NCBI GenBank assembly: GCA_964476595.1
Contig: CAYZCL010000154.1
Span: 903-64,902, forward strand
Length of the DNA stretch: 64,000 nucleotides
Reading direction: 5' to 3'
Source of the DNA: an uncultured Desulfobacteraceae bacterium
Lineage (GTDB): Bacteria > Desulfobacterota > Desulfobacteria > Desulfobacterales > JALSRD01
In this document: positions 63,388 through 64,000 of the stretch, in pieces
Layout: each line of letters starts with the position of its first letter
Numbering within the stretch: the stretch's first letter is position 1
The notes under the pieces: generated by a model
The model's input: only the letters and a program-made list of their open reading frames with translations
Told to the model about the DNA's origin: nothing
Database searches by the model: none
Program-made: the position numbers and the translations under genes

Positions 63388-63417
63388 GCGGGCGCGGTTT
63401 AGAAAAACCGCGCCCGC
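63388..63417 (+). promoter_or_regulatory. Intercistronic GC-rich stem-loop between the binding-protein and permease genes
   Basis: Perfect 13-bp stem GCGGGCGCGGTTT / AAACCGCGCCCGC with an AGAA loop. No U-tract follows. It is more likely an mRNA-stabilising or attenuating hairpin than a full terminator. Confidence 0.5.
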
Positions 63418-63445
63418 TGACCTCACACGGAGAATCTGTGCCAGC

Positions 63446-64000
63446 ATGATCGCCAACTTCAACTTCCGGGTCGTATGGGAATATATGCCGCTGTTCATGC
63501 AGGGGTTGCGAAACACCTTTTTAATCTCGCTGGTGTCCCTGATCCTTGCTTTGGCGGTGGGCGTCATCGCCTGCGCCTGCCGATTATCGCGCTGGAAGTT
63601 GTTGCGAGGGATCGCCATTGCCTACATCGAGTCCATCCGTTCGACCCCCCTTCTGGTACAGATTTACTTTTTTTACTTCGGGCTGCCCACCCTCGGGTTG
63701 CGTGTGCCGGAGCTCGAAACGGGCATTATCGCGCTGATGCTCAACAGCGGTGCCTACATCGCAGAGATCGTCCGGGCCGGTATCACCTCGGTATCCTCCG
63801 GGCAAATCGAAGCCGGCATTTCGTCGGGCCTGAGCTACATTCAGCGCATGCGTTTCATTATCCTTCCCCAGGCGCTGGGCGTGACCGTTCCACCCCTGTT
63901 GGGGCAGGCCATCGTACTGGTCAAGGACTCGGCCCTGCTGTCGCTGATTTCGGTTATGGAGCTGACGCGTTGCGGCCAGGAGCTGACTTCCGAACGATTC
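63446..64000 (+). CDS. Polar amino-acid-type ABC transporter permease, partial (runs off the right edge)
   Basis: Absent from the ORF track because it is open-ended. From ATG 63446 it reads MIANFNFRVVWEYMPLFMQGLRNTFLISLVSL...STPLLVQIYFFYFGLP...NSGAYIAEIVRAGITSVSSGQIEAGISSGL, which is the HisM/GlnP family EAA region. Confidence 0.8.
   Translation, partial: MIANFNFRVVWEYMPLFMQGLRNTFLISLVSLILALAVGVIACACRLSRWKLLRGIAIAYIESIRSTPLLVQIYFFYFGLPTLGLRVPELETGIIALMLNSGAYIAEIVRAGITSVSSGQIEAGISSGLSYIQRMRFIILPQALGVTVPPLLGQAIVLVKDSALLSLISVMELTRCGQELTSERF

Overview
All domain and family calls below were made by eye from motifs I recognise. No database search, HMM, alignment or composition calculation was run. 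The window is a 64-kb, high-GC bacterial chromosomal segment. By eye the GC content is uniform except for one A+T-richer block at about 27.5-33.5 kb. Gene content suggests an anaerobic Desulfobacterota-like organism: many Fe-S, molybdopterin and corrinoid proteins and NuoEF/HydBC-like modules. That taxonomic placement is inference only. I support about 50 protein-coding genes, 2 pseudogene remnants and a few promoter or hairpin candidates. I saw no rRNA, tRNA or CRISPR array. Layout from left to right: (1) An edge-truncated exported protein. (2) A six-gene operon with a sigma-54-type promoter. It encodes a cytoplasmic Mo/W-bisPGD oxidoreductase, a 4x[4Fe-4S] subunit, NuoE/HydC-like and NuoF/HydB-like subunits, a NuoG/HydA N-terminal-like subunit and an SfrB/GltD-like flavoprotein. 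(3) A PhnD-like binding lipoprotein, a sensor kinase with a Cys-rich insert, and a bare receiver. (4) A PEP-utilising dikinase-like gene followed by a dual-specificity-phosphatase/YkgJ fusion. (5) A reductive pyrimidine catabolism locus: preT, preA, dihydropyrimidinase, an M20 carbamoylase, and divergently a nitrilase-type beta-ureidopropionase plus an NCS2 permease. (6) A lower-GC island with a CHASE2 hybrid kinase and a LysM-FecR protein, bounded by gene remnants including an IS1634-type transposase fragment. (7) A corrinoid methyltransferase locus built around a non-pyrrolysine MtmB-family protein. It is followed by a second ferredoxin plus molybdopterin enzyme, an amino-acid-type ABC transporter, an amidohydrolase and an MFS transporter. 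(8) Housekeeping and miscellaneous genes: epmA, a J-domain protein, aroK, tdh-kbl with a decayed sstT remnant, an HDAC-like/hydantoinase-like pair, a LysM lytic transglycosylase, a racemase, a SYLF lipoprotein, a saccharopine-dehydrogenase-like gene and a second ABC transporter running off the right edge. The two most interesting candidates are the non-Pyl MtmB corrinoid system with its neighbourhood and the Bfu-like NADH module wired to an orphan molybdopterin enzyme.
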